Of a stretch of DNA of 64,000 bases, positions 1 to 9,003 are shown piece after piece. The DNA is taken from contig JAHFNJ010000006.1 in NCBI GenBank assembly GCA_023267375.1, positions 684-64,683 of the forward strand, in the 5' to 3' direction. The position numbers were made by a program, and so were the translations under genes. The DNA comes from Candidatus Nomurabacteria bacterium. Lineage in GTDB: Bacteria; Patescibacteriota; Minisyncoccia; Phycocordibacterales; UBA9973. Within the stretch, counting starts at the first letter, position 1; each line of letters opens with the position of its first letter. Under the pieces are notes generated by a model, which worked only from the letters and a program-made list of their open reading frames with translations, had not been told where the DNA came from and did not search any database.

Positions 1-1292
1 TCCCTATTTGGGGAAAGCTTGGCGACACTATCGGCAGAAAAAAAGTCTACATCTTAGGCTTCGGTATTTTCATTGTAGGGAGCGTGCTTGCCGGCTTTGC
101 ATGGAATCTACCGTCCATGATCGTTTTCCGCGTTATTCAAGCTATTGCAGGTTCTGCTGACTACCCTACTGCCATGGCGATTCTGGCAGTAACCTTCAAA
201 GAAGGAAAAGAGCGTGCGCAAGCGCTCGGCATTTGGTCATCGTCATTTGCGGCGGCATCAGTCTTCGGCCCACTATTAGGTGGCCCACTGATCGACAACT
301 TCGGCTGGCGTTCTGTATTCCTCATCAATCTTCCTATTGGTATTGTGGGAACGCTCATGGCACTGCGTTTCATTAATGAATCAAAATCTGAAATCAAAAC
401 AAAATTCTTCGACTGGTGGGGTGCAATCACCTTGGGTGTCTCACTCTCAGCGCTCGTACTTGTGCTCGATAAAGGTGCAGACTGGGGCTGGCTCTCGCTG
501 ACCAGCACTCTCTTGTACACAGCAATCGTCGGATTTATGTATATTTTTATACAAATAGAAAAAAGAGTGCCTGAGCCGATTGTTGATTTGAAATTCTTCA
601 AAATTCCAGCATTCGTCAATACGCTCGGCAACAACTTCATTGTCTTCATGGGTATGATGGGCGGAATTTTCCTCATTCCGATTTTTGCTCAAGTGTTTTT
701 GGGATACGATGCGCAACAATCTGGATACCTATTCATGCCGATGGCCGCAGCCTTTATGCTCGCTGCACCACTTGGAGGAAAACTCTTTGGCCGCGTTGAA
801 GCACGATATGTTATTTTTGCTAGTACCTTCGTCGCAGCCATCGGTATTTTCTTTTTCTCATTCCTTGATCCAAAATCTGGACCGTGGGCAATTATGATCC
901 CACTCTTCATCATGGCCTTCGGAATGGGCTTCGGCATGGCACAGCGTACAAACGTGATTGCATCTGTGGTTGATCCACACGAGATTGGCATCGCCTCATC
1001 AGTGCTTGCACTGATACGAAACATTTCTGGTGCGTTTGGTATTGCCCTCTTTGCAACAATTTTAAATCTTCGTACTGAACGAAATATTCTTCACATCAAC
1101 AGCTTGAGTACACTCACGAGCCACAATCCAATCGATATTCAAAAATACACCTCGCTCGTCATTTTGAAATCACAGGTAAATGCGTATGATTACGTCTTCA
1201 TTCTCGCCAGCATCTTGGTGGCGGTCGGCGCGTTTGCTATTTTGTGGCTCAAAGTAAAAGAACGCACAGGAGTGACCGTACACGTGGAGTAG
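1..1292 (+). CDS. MFS transporter, DHA2/EmrB-QacA-like drug:H+ antiporter family (5' end outside window)
   Basis: The reading frame is open from the window edge. The in-frame translation upstream of the first Met (..LFGKLGDTIGRKKVYILGFGIFIVGSVLAGFAW..) and the rest of the ORF is a run of hydrophobic helices with MFS-typical loop motifs (GPLLGGPLIDNFGWR). Confidence 0.8.
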   Translation, partial: PIWGKLGDTIGRKKVYILGFGIFIVGSVLAGFAWNLPSMIVFRVIQAIAGSADYPTAMAILAVTFKEGKERAQALGIWSSSFAAASVFGPLLGGPLIDNFGWRSVFLINLPIGIVGTLMALRFINESKSEIKTKFFDWWGAITLGVSLSALVLVLDKGADWGWLSLTSTLLYTAIVGFMYIFIQIEKRVPEPIVDLKFFKIPAFVNTLGNNFIVFMGMMGGIFLIPIFAQVFLGYDAQQSGYLFMPMAAAFMLAAPLGGKLFGRVEARYVIFASTFVAAIGIFFFSFLDPKSGPWAIMIPLFIMAFGMGFGMAQRTNVIASVVDPHEIGIASSVLALIRNISGAFGIALFATILNLRTERNILHINSLSTLTSHNPIDIQKYTSLVILKSQVNAYDYVFILASILVAVGAFAILWLKVKERTGVTVHVE

Positions 1293-1811
1293 CTAGTCCA
1301 TTGCCTCATCACCGCAGTCAGTCTGGGAAAGGTTTGATTCGTAGTTTACATGATCTTTGTCCACATAAACATACACTCCATCTCCTCGATCTTTCATTTC
1401 ACCAAAACCAACATTCGCTATTCCTTCGCCAAACGTAATAATAAGTTCTTCTTTATTAGTCACACCTTCGGCAGATGCATCCCAGAGTGCATTCACGGTA
1501 CGTTTTAGAGTTGTTGTATCTCCTCCTGATACCGTACCCCGAAAAATACCAGTCTTTGAATCTTTCTCCGCTGGTCGCCAATTAAATTCTCCGATAACTT
1601 GGTTCGCACGTATATCCATAGAAAGCTGCGCCTGATCGCCTGCTTCGGTGTTCCAGATATAACAAAGCTGGGTAGCATTTATGTTTGGGTCTTGAAAAAC
1701 ACTATCGTCAACAGATACATGAGTAGGTTGTTCTGATTTTTTATTTTGAGCGATCAAAAAAACCGCAATAATCATAAAGACAACTGTTATAATTTTCCAA
1801 AAGGTTTTCAT
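1293..1811 (-). CDS. hypothetical protein with N-terminal signal/TM anchor
   Basis: 172-aa ORF with a hydrophobic N-terminus (MKTFWKIITVVFMIIAVFLIA). No recognizable family. Confidence 0.4.
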   Translation of the reverse strand: MKTFWKIITVVFMIIAVFLIAQNKKSEQPTHVSVDDSVFQDPNINATQLCYIWNTEAGDQAQLSMDIRANQVIGEFNWRPAEKDSKTGIFRGTVSGGDTTTLKRTVNALWDASAEGVTNKEELIITFGEGIANVGFGEMKDRGDGVYVYVDKDHVNYESNLSQTDCGDEAMD

Positions 1812-1954
1812 GGGATTTCTGACTCAACAGGGAATCTTTCCTTACAGGAACAGTATACCTTTTGCATTTTCTCAGAGCAAAGATCTTGGTAAAGAAGTAA
1901 AAGCTTTTCGACCTCCGACACAAACCAAACAGTTGGCTTGATTGTAGCCACACA

Positions 1955-1984
1955 AGAAAAAACCGCCTAAAGGCGGTTTTTTCT
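1955..1984. terminator. bidirectional intrinsic terminator (A-run / CCGCC-TAAA-GGCGG hairpin / T-run)
   Basis: aaaaaaCCGCCtaaaGGCGGttttttc lies between the convergent hypothetical gene and tRNA-Glu. Confidence 0.6.
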
Positions 1985-1992
1985 TTTACGCG

Positions 1993-2064
1993 TGACTCCA
2001 CGGGGAATCGAACCCCGATTAGCGGATTGAGAACCCGCTGTCCTAACCGTTAGACGATGGAGCC
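1993..2064 (-). tRNA. tRNA-Glu (anticodon CUC)
   Basis: On the minus strand: GGCTCCATCGTCTAACGGTTAGGACAGCGGGTTCTCAATCCGCTAATCGGGGTTCGATTCCCCGTGGAGTCA. It folds as a cloverleaf with acceptor stem GGCTCCA/TGGAGTC (one G-U), anticodon stem GCGGG/TCCGC and loop TTCTCAA (U33, CUC, A37). The D-arm TCGTCTAACGGTTAGGAC is Glu/Gln-like. Confidence 0.75.
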
Positions 2065-2103
2065 AAAACTATTCTAGTAACACCTTTTAATTAGCGCCTT
2101 ATC

Positions 2104-2161
2104 TCACCAGATTGAGAACCCGCTGTCCGCGATATTCCCAGCCTGGTTAGACGATGGAGCC
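2104..2161 (-). pseudogene. truncated tRNA-Glu-like copy: 5' half with an 18-nt D-loop insertion and no T-arm or acceptor 3' half
   Basis: The minus strand reads GGCTCCATCGTCTAAC[CAGGCTGGGAATATCGCG]GACAGCGGGTTCTCAATC, then diverges. It is identical to the first 16 nt and to the anticodon stem-loop 5' part of the intact tRNA about 45 nt downstream. Confidence 0.55.
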
Positions 2162-2190
2162 AGAATGGCTTCCCTATTTAGCCATTTTTT

Positions 2191-3495
2191 TTACTTTTTT
2201 GCAATCCACTCCTTCTCTTGTCGCACCAAGAGTTCCCCTTTCTTTTCAGGATGCGCCATCACTTTTTCAACCACTCGCTCCATACGCACACCCTGCGAAC
2301 CCTTAATGAGAATAAGGTCACGTGTCGATAGCATTTTTTCTAGTTCAACACCTGCAATAGTAGCATCAGCATATTCAAAAATATTCTTTGCATTAAAACC
2401 TGCGCTCTTAGCACCTTCTGCAATCATTTTCGATCGAGGGCCGACAACAACGAGAATGTCTGCCTTATCTACAGCAAATTCGCCAATTTTCTTATGAGCT
2501 TCAACTGAAATCTTTCCAAGTTCAAGCATATCGCCCAATACTGCAATACGACGATTGAATCCTTCTATTTTTTTGAGCAGCTCAAGTGCTGCTTCGGCTG
2601 CCGCTGGTGACGCATTGTACGTATCGTCGATAAGCAGACTATTTTTTATGCCCTCAATAAGAGAGAGGCGTCCTGGCGGTGTGTGGTACTTTTTTATAGC
2701 CTCAACAGCTTCAAGAAGATTGCAGCCATTTTCTACCGCAATAGAAAGTGCGGCAAGCGCGGCATAGATATGATTCACGCTGATGCTGTCATTGAGTGTT
2801 ACTGGAATACTATTTCCTCCATAGTCTAGGCGAAACGTGATACCTATTGGTACACTATTTCCCTCTCGATCTTCGTAGGCAATAGAATCATGTGATGCCT
2901 TGAGCATTGCATCATTACCGAAACCAAACGTAACGGTTTTTGCTTTTGATTTTTGTTTGAGCTCGAGGACTTTTGGATCGTCAGCATTAATAACAAGAAG
3001 ACCGTCATGGGCAATAGCTTCAACGAGATATGTCTTCTCTCGAATAACAGCCTGCGATGTTCCAAAAAATTCTACGTGAACAGGCATATCAGGGAAACGA
3101 GTGATCACTACTACATTTGGATGGAGCCACGATGCGGTATTTTTAATATCTCCTGGTTTACCAGCACCAACTTCAAGTACCAACCACTTCGGATACTTGT
3201 GCGGAGCGATGATAAGCCACAGTCCCTGAAAAATATTTGAAAGCCAAGTCAGTGGGTTATACCAACCATTCGGACAACCCAAAATGGTAAGTGGCACCCC
3301 AAATTCACTATTGAAACTTTTTTCACTTTTTCGTACAAAAAAGAATTGGGAGAGGACGGTATAGATGGCGTCCTTAGTAGATGTTTTACCCACACTACCG
3401 GTAATAGCCACGATTGTTGGCTTGTATTTCTTGAGCACGAGACGTGCTTCAATTTCGAGTATTTTTATAATTGTTTTTTTAAATGTTGATTTCAT
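2191..3495 (-). CDS. murF: UDP-N-acetylmuramoyl-tripeptide--D-alanyl-D-alanine ligase (short form)
   Basis: Mur ligase P-loop ITGSVGKTSTKD, LIDDTYNASP motif and the MurF-type GDMLELG motif. It sits in dcw context immediately downstream of ftsI. Confidence 0.8.
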   Translation of the reverse strand: MKSTFKKTIIKILEIEARLVLKKYKPTIVAITGSVGKTSTKDAIYTVLSQFFFVRKSEKSFNSEFGVPLTILGCPNGWYNPLTWLSNIFQGLWLIIAPHKYPKWLVLEVGAGKPGDIKNTASWLHPNVVVITRFPDMPVHVEFFGTSQAVIREKTYLVEAIAHDGLLVINADDPKVLELKQKSKAKTVTFGFGNDAMLKASHDSIAYEDREGNSVPIGITFRLDYGGNSIPVTLNDSISVNHIYAALAALSIAVENGCNLLEAVEAIKKYHTPPGRLSLIEGIKNSLLIDDTYNASPAAAEAALELLKKIEGFNRRIAVLGDMLELGKISVEAHKKIGEFAVDKADILVVVGPRSKMIAEGAKSAGFNAKNIFEYADATIAGVELEKMLSTRDLILIKGSQGVRMERVVEKVMAHPEKKGELLVRQEKEWIAKK

Positions 3496-3600
3496 GTTGT
3501 TTGAGTATACTAGTAAGCTGGTAAGTTAGTATATTAGACAATGCCGATAATTTTCTGAATTTTCTAGTTTACTAGCTTACTAAATTACTAACTTACTTTT

Positions 3601-5313
3601 TCACCTATCTGGCGGAATATTATAATAATCGATTAAGAATTTTACCGTATGAACAAATGGGTCAGAAAGCGAGTACGCGGCATATTTGACCCCTTTTGGA
3701 TTGACTGTATACAGGAAGATAGCAAACTGCGGATTGTATGCGGGGAAATACCCGAAAAATGAGTGCAGATGCCGGTCCGTATAATACCCGCCATCCGACA
3801 GATTAGCAATCTGTGCCGTACCGGTCTTGGCTGCTACACTATAGTGCTCCATTTGGAATTTCCCGCCCTGCAAGGCTTTATCAAACACGGTCACCAGCAT
3901 TTGTGTAATGCGGTCTGCCGTCTCCGGAGAAATCTTTGACTGCTCAGTTCCATATTCAAGTTTTTTTGAACCACCTCCTTTATACTGAATACTTGTTGCC
4001 AAATGGGGTGTAACTAGTGTGCCGCCGTTTGCGAGCGACGAAAGTGCGCGAATCGTTTCCACGGGAGTCACCGCGATACCTTGACCGAACGCCGCGGTCG
4101 CATACTCCACGTCGCGATTACTTTCGAGATTTTTGACGAGGCCGTATGTTTCTCCCGGCAAATCAATTCCTGTTTTCTTACCAAGACCATATCCAAGCAA
4201 ATAGTCGCGCACTTTTTGATTTCCTAATTGTTGTGCGACAAACACCATACCGGTGTTCAAGGATTGATTGAGTACATCCTGCATAGTTGTCCCTGGTCCA
4301 CGGCCACGTAAGTCGAAGTTGTTGATCTTTTTATTATCAACCATCACAAACCCCTTGTCGTTGTATGTCGTGGTTGGAGCAACAACCCCTGCATCAAGCC
4401 CAGCTGCCATCGTCAACGGCTTCATAATAGAACCCATTTCATAAACATTTTCAACTAATGGATTACCAAAAATGAGCGGATTGGTCACATTTTTAAAATC
4501 ATTGAGATCAAAATCTGGCAGATGCGCCATTGCATACATTTCACCTGTCCTTGGGTTCATCACAATACCTCCGATAGAATCTGAATGGTATGTCTCAAGC
4601 ACTGTTCGCAATTCATTTTCAAGGAAGCGCTCGACTGATGGCTCCATAGAAGTCACTACATCCCCCTCTTTATTCTCACTCTGAAAAACGCCGTCTCTTA
4701 AGTTTGAAAAAACTTCTGCAAAAAAGTTGACGCTGAGGTTTTCTTCAGTTCGAGACAAGATATCATTATAAAAACGCTCAAGACCGTATCGTCCTGAAAA
4801 ATCATCGCCTTTATAGGCCGTAAAACCAATGATAGGCGACGCAATATCACCTCCAGGATAATAGCGCCAATTTTCTTTATAGAGATTCACACCCGGAAGA
4901 TAGAGGGCTTTAATAGCGTCTGCCTGCTCTTTAGTAAGCTTGGTTGCCACCTCTTCGTAGGGATCAGCTTTCTTTGCTGCCTTGGCGATAAAAACATCAT
5001 GATCAAGAGGAACTATGCTGTTTAACGACTGATACACTGACTCTGGATTGATAGTATCTCTCGGCACAATAGCCACCTTAAAACCAGATTTCAGCGTTGC
5101 CGCGGAAACCAGAGACCCATCTTTGCCTGAAAAAAGAATGTTGCCACGGTCAAACATATCTCCTGACGGAGTTACGTACTGGCGATCAGCAGCCCGCGCA
5201 TAGGCATTGCCATGTATGATTTGTACATAAAAGAGCTTCGCTATAATGAGTAACGAAATCAGGACAATAAGACCCGAGATTACTCGTATGCGTGATAAGG
5301 CAAATGAAGTCAT
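3601..5313 (-). CDS. ftsI: peptidoglycan D,D-transpeptidase, class B PBP (FtsI/PBP3-like)
   Basis: N-terminal TM anchor, PBP dimerisation region and transpeptidase domain. Positioned after rsmH-ftsL as in the canonical dcw order. Confidence 0.8.
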   Translation of the reverse strand: MTSFALSRIRVISGLIVLISLLIIAKLFYVQIIHGNAYARAADRQYVTPSGDMFDRGNILFSGKDGSLVSAATLKSGFKVAIVPRDTINPESVYQSLNSIVPLDHDVFIAKAAKKADPYEEVATKLTKEQADAIKALYLPGVNLYKENWRYYPGGDIASPIIGFTAYKGDDFSGRYGLERFYNDILSRTEENLSVNFFAEVFSNLRDGVFQSENKEGDVVTSMEPSVERFLENELRTVLETYHSDSIGGIVMNPRTGEMYAMAHLPDFDLNDFKNVTNPLIFGNPLVENVYEMGSIMKPLTMAAGLDAGVVAPTTTYNDKGFVMVDNKKINNFDLRGRGPGTTMQDVLNQSLNTGMVFVAQQLGNQKVRDYLLGYGLGKKTGIDLPGETYGLVKNLESNRDVEYATAAFGQGIAVTPVETIRALSSLANGGTLVTPHLATSIQYKGGGSKKLEYGTEQSKISPETADRITQMLVTVFDKALQGGKFQMEHYSVAAKTGTAQIANLSDGGYYTDRHLHSFFGYFPAYNPQFAIFLYTVNPKGVKYAAYSLSDPFVHTVKFLIDYYNIPPDR

Positions 5314-5325
5314 ACCTTTTTAGGA

Positions 5326-5658
5326 TTAACGCAACGACACACTCGCTCCAGCGTTCGCACGACTTGCAAAAAGTGCACTCTTCGCTTCATTAAAACCCAA
5401 GCTTTCCGCAAGCGATAGATTGATACCATTGTCTTTTGCTAGATATTGTATCTCAAGTTCATTGACTGCCTCAGCAACCACTTTTGTCTGAGATTCAACA
5501 GTTTTTCGCTCAAGCACAGAAAAAACAATATTTCCTAAAAAGTAAAGATAGAGTCCACCAACCACAAGAAAGAGAGAAAAGATTGTGAAAAAGATTCGGC
5601 GATTGAAATCGTTTTGTGCGAGGGCCATCGTATTTTTTTGTACAGTTGTGGTTCTCAT
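5326..5658 (-). CDS. ftsL: FtsL-like cell division protein (small bitopic membrane protein)
   Basis: 110 aa with a single TM (IFFTIFSLFLVVGGLYLYFLG) followed by a coiled-coil-like tail. Sits between rsmH and ftsI. Confidence 0.55.
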   Translation of the reverse strand: MRTTTVQKNTMALAQNDFNRRIFFTIFSLFLVVGGLYLYFLGNIVFSVLERKTVESQTKVVAEAVNELEIQYLAKDNGINLSLAESLGFNEAKSALFASRANAGASVSLR

Positions 5659-5659
5659 T

Positions 5660-6550
5660 TTATATTTTTTCGATAATTCGCAATTTTGCGCTTCGTGAAC
5701 GAGGATTCATGGTAATTTCTTCGTCTGAAGGAATAATGGGTTTTTTTGTGATTGCACGCGCTAGGCCGTCCGAAACCTTTTGCCTAAAAAAATGTTTGAT
5801 GATGCGGTCTTCTAAACTATGAAATGAAATGACTGCAATGCGACCGCCTGATGAAAGCCTGGTAAATCCTTCGCTGATGGCTTTCTCGATGCTCTGCAAT
5901 TCGTCGTTGACTGCGATGCGAATGGCTTGGAATGTTTTTGTGGCTGGATGCAACTTGCCGTGACGATAACTACCGGGAACTGCGTGAAAAATAATCTCTG
6001 CAAGCTCGGTTGTGGTTTCAATTAGCTTTGTTTCGCGAGCGAGGACGATAGCTTTTGCGATGCGTCGTGAGTAGCGTTCTTCGCCGTATCCGAAAATAAT
6101 GTTTGCGAGATTTTCCTCTCCCCAACTGTTTACGACGTCATACGCAGTTACCTCGTCTTCTTTTGATTCCTTTCGCATGGTCATCAAGAGCGGTTCCTCA
6201 CGTTTGAATGAAAACCCGCGCCCTGATTCTTCAAGCTGGAAAGAAGAAAGCCCGAGGTCAAACAGCAATCGGTCAATCGTAGGAACCTTGAGCGTATCGA
6301 GCATCTTTCCTAATTCACTAAAATTGGTGCATGCTGATTGGAATTTACATTTTCCGCTCAATCGTTTTTCAGTGCGAGCAATCGCATCTTGATCAGCATC
6401 AATGCCGATAATTTGCACATCCTTCCCGAATGTCTCGCAGACGAGCGCACTGTGTCCGCCGCCGCCTAATGTCGCGTCAACAAAGACATCGCCTTTGTGT
6501 ATCTCTAAACCCGTTATTGCTTCATGTAAAAGAACGGTAATGTGCTCCAT
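5660..6550 (-). CDS. rsmH: 16S rRNA (cytosine1402-N4)-methyltransferase RsmH/MraW
   Basis: MEHITVLLHEAI..VDATLGGGGHS SAM-binding motif. The ORF in the track extends to 6652, but a start at the MEHITVLL Met avoids the overlap with mraZ. Confidence 0.8.
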   Translation of the reverse strand: MEHITVLLHEAITGLEIHKGDVFVDATLGGGGHSALVCETFGKDVQIIGIDADQDAIARTEKRLSGKCKFQSACTNFSELGKMLDTLKVPTIDRLLFDLGLSSFQLEESGRGFSFKREEPLLMTMRKESKEDEVTAYDVVNSWGEENLANIIFGYGEERYSRRIAKAIVLARETKLIETTTELAEIIFHAVPGSYRHGKLHPATKTFQAIRIAVNDELQSIEKAISEGFTRLSSGGRIAVISFHSLEDRIIKHFFRQKVSDGLARAITKKPIIPSDEEITMNPRSRSAKLRIIEKI

Positions 6551-6563
6551 CGAATATAAATTG

Positions 6564-6998
6564 TTACAGCACGCCGATACCTCCCAATCGTTCTGCCAAT
6601 GTGTCTGCCTGTTTCTCCACGACCTGCTTGTACTCACTCCATGCCTTTTCATTCCAGATTTCTAAACGGTTCTGTACGCCGATCCAGACTACTTTGCTTT
6701 TCAGATTTGCACGATCTTTCAGAAAGTCTGGAAGGAGAATACGACCAATTGAATCAACTTCTACTTGTACTGCGCCACCGAACATAAAACGGTTGAAGCT
6801 TCGGTTGTCAGACTGTAAGAGTGATGACTCAGAAAGTCGTGCCGCAATCTTCTCCCATTCCTTCATGGTGAACACGAAGAGACAGTTGTCGAGACCAGGA
6901 GTGATCACCATTGATTTCCCGAGCTCTTTACGAAATTTAACCGGCAGCGAAACGCGGTTTTTATCATCGAGTGTGTGAATGTATTCGCCGATTAACAT
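6564..6998 (-). CDS. mraZ: transcriptional regulator MraZ
   Basis: MLIGEYIHTLDDKNRVSLPVKFRKEL... shows the duplicated MraZ/SpoVT-AbrB-like fold signature. It is the first gene of the dcw cluster. Confidence 0.85.
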   Translation of the reverse strand: MLIGEYIHTLDDKNRVSLPVKFRKELGKSMVITPGLDNCLFVFTMKEWEKIAARLSESSLLQSDNRSFNRFMFGGAVQVEVDSIGRILLPDFLKDRANLKSKVVWIGVQNRLEIWNEKAWSEYKQVVEKQADTLAERLGGIGVL

Positions 6999-7026
6999 AT
7001 TTCGTTTTGGTGAGAAATGAGTGTTT

Positions 7027-7093
7027 TTTGATTATCCCACTCCTTCCCACTTGTCTCTAATTATAAACCACTTTATCCCACACACCAAAACAA
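7027..7093 (-). promoter_or_regulatory. candidate MraZ operator: CCCAC (GTGGG on the mraZ strand) direct repeats upstream of mraZ
   Basis: CCCAC at 7027, 7038, 7068 and 7089, plus CCAC at 7059. Spacings are 11, 30 and 21 bp, roughly helical multiples. They lie 30-95 bp upstream of the mraZ start. Confidence 0.5.
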
Positions 7094-7196
7094 AAAACCC
7101 ACTTTTATGTGGATAACTACCAAGTGAGTACTACTGGACAATCTATATTGAAAGTTGTATAGTAAAAAGAAAAATTAACCTTTAAATTTAAATACG

Positions 7197-7448
7197 ATGA
7201 AAGCAATCGATATCACTCGACTCGTAACAGGAATTGATATGAGTATAGTAGCTGAGGTAAAAAAATCCTTAAAGTTAAACGCTGCATTCGATCTCCTTGT
7301 GGCAGAAAATAAAAGGCAAGAAACCTTCTCTGAACAAGCGTTATGGAACGTTAACTTACCAGGACTTGATTCCTTTGAAGATTTGTATGTGAAAACAAAT
7401 TTTATTTCATTAAACAGATCCGTAAGAGTAACACAAGGATTGGCTTAG
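7197..7448 (+). CDS. hypothetical small protein
   Basis: 83-aa ORF in an otherwise intergenic space, followed by a terminator hairpin. No family recognised. Confidence 0.3.
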   Translation: MKAIDITRLVTGIDMSIVAEVKKSLKLNAAFDLLVAENKRQETFSEQALWNVNLPGLDSFEDLYVKTNFISLNRSVRVTQGLA

Positions 7449-7464
7449 AGATTGACTCAGAAAA

Positions 7465-7512
7465 AATAAAAGAACCCTACTATATTGGAAAATGTAGTAG
7501 GGTTCTTTTAAT
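7465..7512. terminator. bidirectional intrinsic terminator
   Basis: aaaaaataaaaGAACCCTACTAtattggaaaatgTAGTAGGGTTCttttaa lies between the convergent small ORF and lysS. Confidence 0.6.
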
Positions 7513-7533
7513 TCATTTTTAAATTTTAAAAAT

Positions 7534-9003
7534 CTATTCTCTTTTCTTCATCGTTGGGAAATAGATCACTTCTTTGATATTTTTTGTGTCGGTCAAAAAC
7601 ATGACAAGACGATCAATACCGATACCCACACCACCGGCTGGCGGCATGCCATATTCCATCGCTTCAATAAAGTCATCATCTTTTGGCTGTGCATCCACTT
7701 CCCCGCCTGCTTTATTTTTCTCTTGTGCAGCAAAACGTTCTGCCTGATCAATCGGATCATTCAATTCTGAAAACGCTTTGACGAGCTCGATACCGCCAGC
7801 GACAAGTTGGAATGCATCAACAAATGCCGGTTGTTTCGGATTTTGCTTGGCAAGTGGCAAATATTCAATCGGATAATCAATGATGAACGTCGGCTGAATT
7901 ATTTTTGGGCGAGCAGTTTTTTTGTAAATAACATCAAGCAGCTTAGGGATCGAATCGCCAGGAGCAATAGACACACCGAGTTGCGTTGCTTGAAGCGCTA
8001 ATTCTTCACGAGTGATCGATTCTGGATTTGGGATGAGTGCGTAGCGACGAAGTAAATCAAAATATGAAACGACTTGGAATTTATTAGAAAAATCAATTTC
8101 ATGTTCGTTATACTTGAGTATTTTTGTCTTGAACACTTTTGCAACGATACCCTTCAGCATTTTTTCAACAAACGCCATCTGCTTCGAAGCGTCGCTGTAT
8201 GCTTCATAGAATTCAACCATAGTGAATTCTGGATTGTGTGTTACATCAATACCTTCATTGCGAAAATCACGGGCAATTTCATATACTTTCGGGAACCCGC
8301 CGACTAACATGCGCTTTAAATATAGCTCATCAGAGATACGAAGATACATATCCATATCAAGCGCATTGTGATGTGTCATAAACGGCTCAGCAGAAGCACC
8401 GCCATAGAGCGGCTGAAGTGCTGGCGTTTCAACTTCAAGATACCCAGCTTTGTCTAGAATAGAGCGCAGTTCAGTTATTACTTTTGAACGGATAATGAAA
8501 CGATCTCGTACCTCTTTTGACATCAAACTATCGAGATACCGTCGACGAAAACGCTCTTCCACATCTTTGAGCCCTTCCCATTTTTCTGGAAGCGGACGCA
8601 GACTCTTCGAAAGCATTGTCCATGCGCTTATTTCAATTGTTTTTTCATTACGCTTCGTAACAAAAAGTGTTCCGGTAAGTTGTATAAAATCGCCGATATC
8701 GACAACTTCATTAAAAAACGAAAATGGTTCTTCGCCGATCGAATCACGCTTGAGCAATGCTTGGAATATTCCTGTTCCATCATCGAGCGTCATGAAAACA
8801 AGCGCTCCATGAGGACGAAGCGACATGACACGCCCTGCAACAGATATTGGTTTTCCTTTTTTCTCAATTGCAGTAAAATCTTCCGCCAACTCCGAAAAAT
8901 CGAAGTCTTTCTTCGACACAATCGGATACGGCTCCATGCCTCGCTCTTTTATTTTTTGGAGTTTTTCAAGCCGCGTAGTGCGGATTTCTTCAAGTGAAGC
9001 CAT
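7534..9003 (-). CDS. lysS: lysine--tRNA ligase (class II)
   Basis: N-terminal OB-fold anticodon-binding region and class II core motifs. The C-terminal GGVGIGIDRLVMFLTD is the class II motif 3 region. Confidence 0.9.
   Translation of the reverse strand: MASLEEIRTTRLEKLQKIKERGMEPYPIVSKKDFDFSELAEDFTAIEKKGKPISVAGRVMSLRPHGALVFMTLDDGTGIFQALLKRDSIGEEPFSFFNEVVDIGDFIQLTGTLFVTKRNEKTIEISAWTMLSKSLRPLPEKWEGLKDVEERFRRRYLDSLMSKEVRDRFIIRSKVITELRSILDKAGYLEVETPALQPLYGGASAEPFMTHHNALDMDMYLRISDELYLKRMLVGGFPKVYEIARDFRNEGIDVTHNPEFTMVEFYEAYSDASKQMAFVEKMLKGIVAKVFKTKILKYNEHEIDFSNKFQVVSYFDLLRRYALIPNPESITREELALQATQLGVSIAPGDSIPKLLDVIYKKTARPKIIQPTFIIDYPIEYLPLAKQNPKQPAFVDAFQLVAGGIELVKAFSELNDPIDQAERFAAQEKNKAGGEVDAQPKDDDFIEAMEYGMPPAGGVGIGIDRLVMFLTDTKNIKEVIYFPTMKKRE

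Noticed and set aside
161-1024. Three minus-strand ORFs (161-676, 447-719, 689-1024) inside the MFS transporter gene
   Set aside because: They are antisense to a well-supported membrane transporter ORF. Their proteins are low-complexity with no motifs, so they are artefacts of an open antisense frame.
1993-2064. Alternative anticodon reading UCU (tRNA-Arg) using a 5-bp AGCGG/CCGCT stem
   Set aside because: That pairing leaves a 9-nt loop, or puts C at position 37. The GCGGG/TCCGC stem gives a standard 7-nt loop with U33, CUC and A37, and the D-arm is Glu-like.
2165-2497. 110-aa plus-strand ORF
   Set aside because: It is antisense to the C-terminal part of murF and begins within the truncated tRNA copy.
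5660-6652. Long 330-aa rsmH ORF overlapping mraZ by 89 nt
   Set aside because: The N-terminal extension (MKRHGVSTSRSWRNRQTHWQ...) is Arg/Trp-rich and non-conserved. The conserved RsmH N-terminus begins at MEHITVLL, which removes the overlap.
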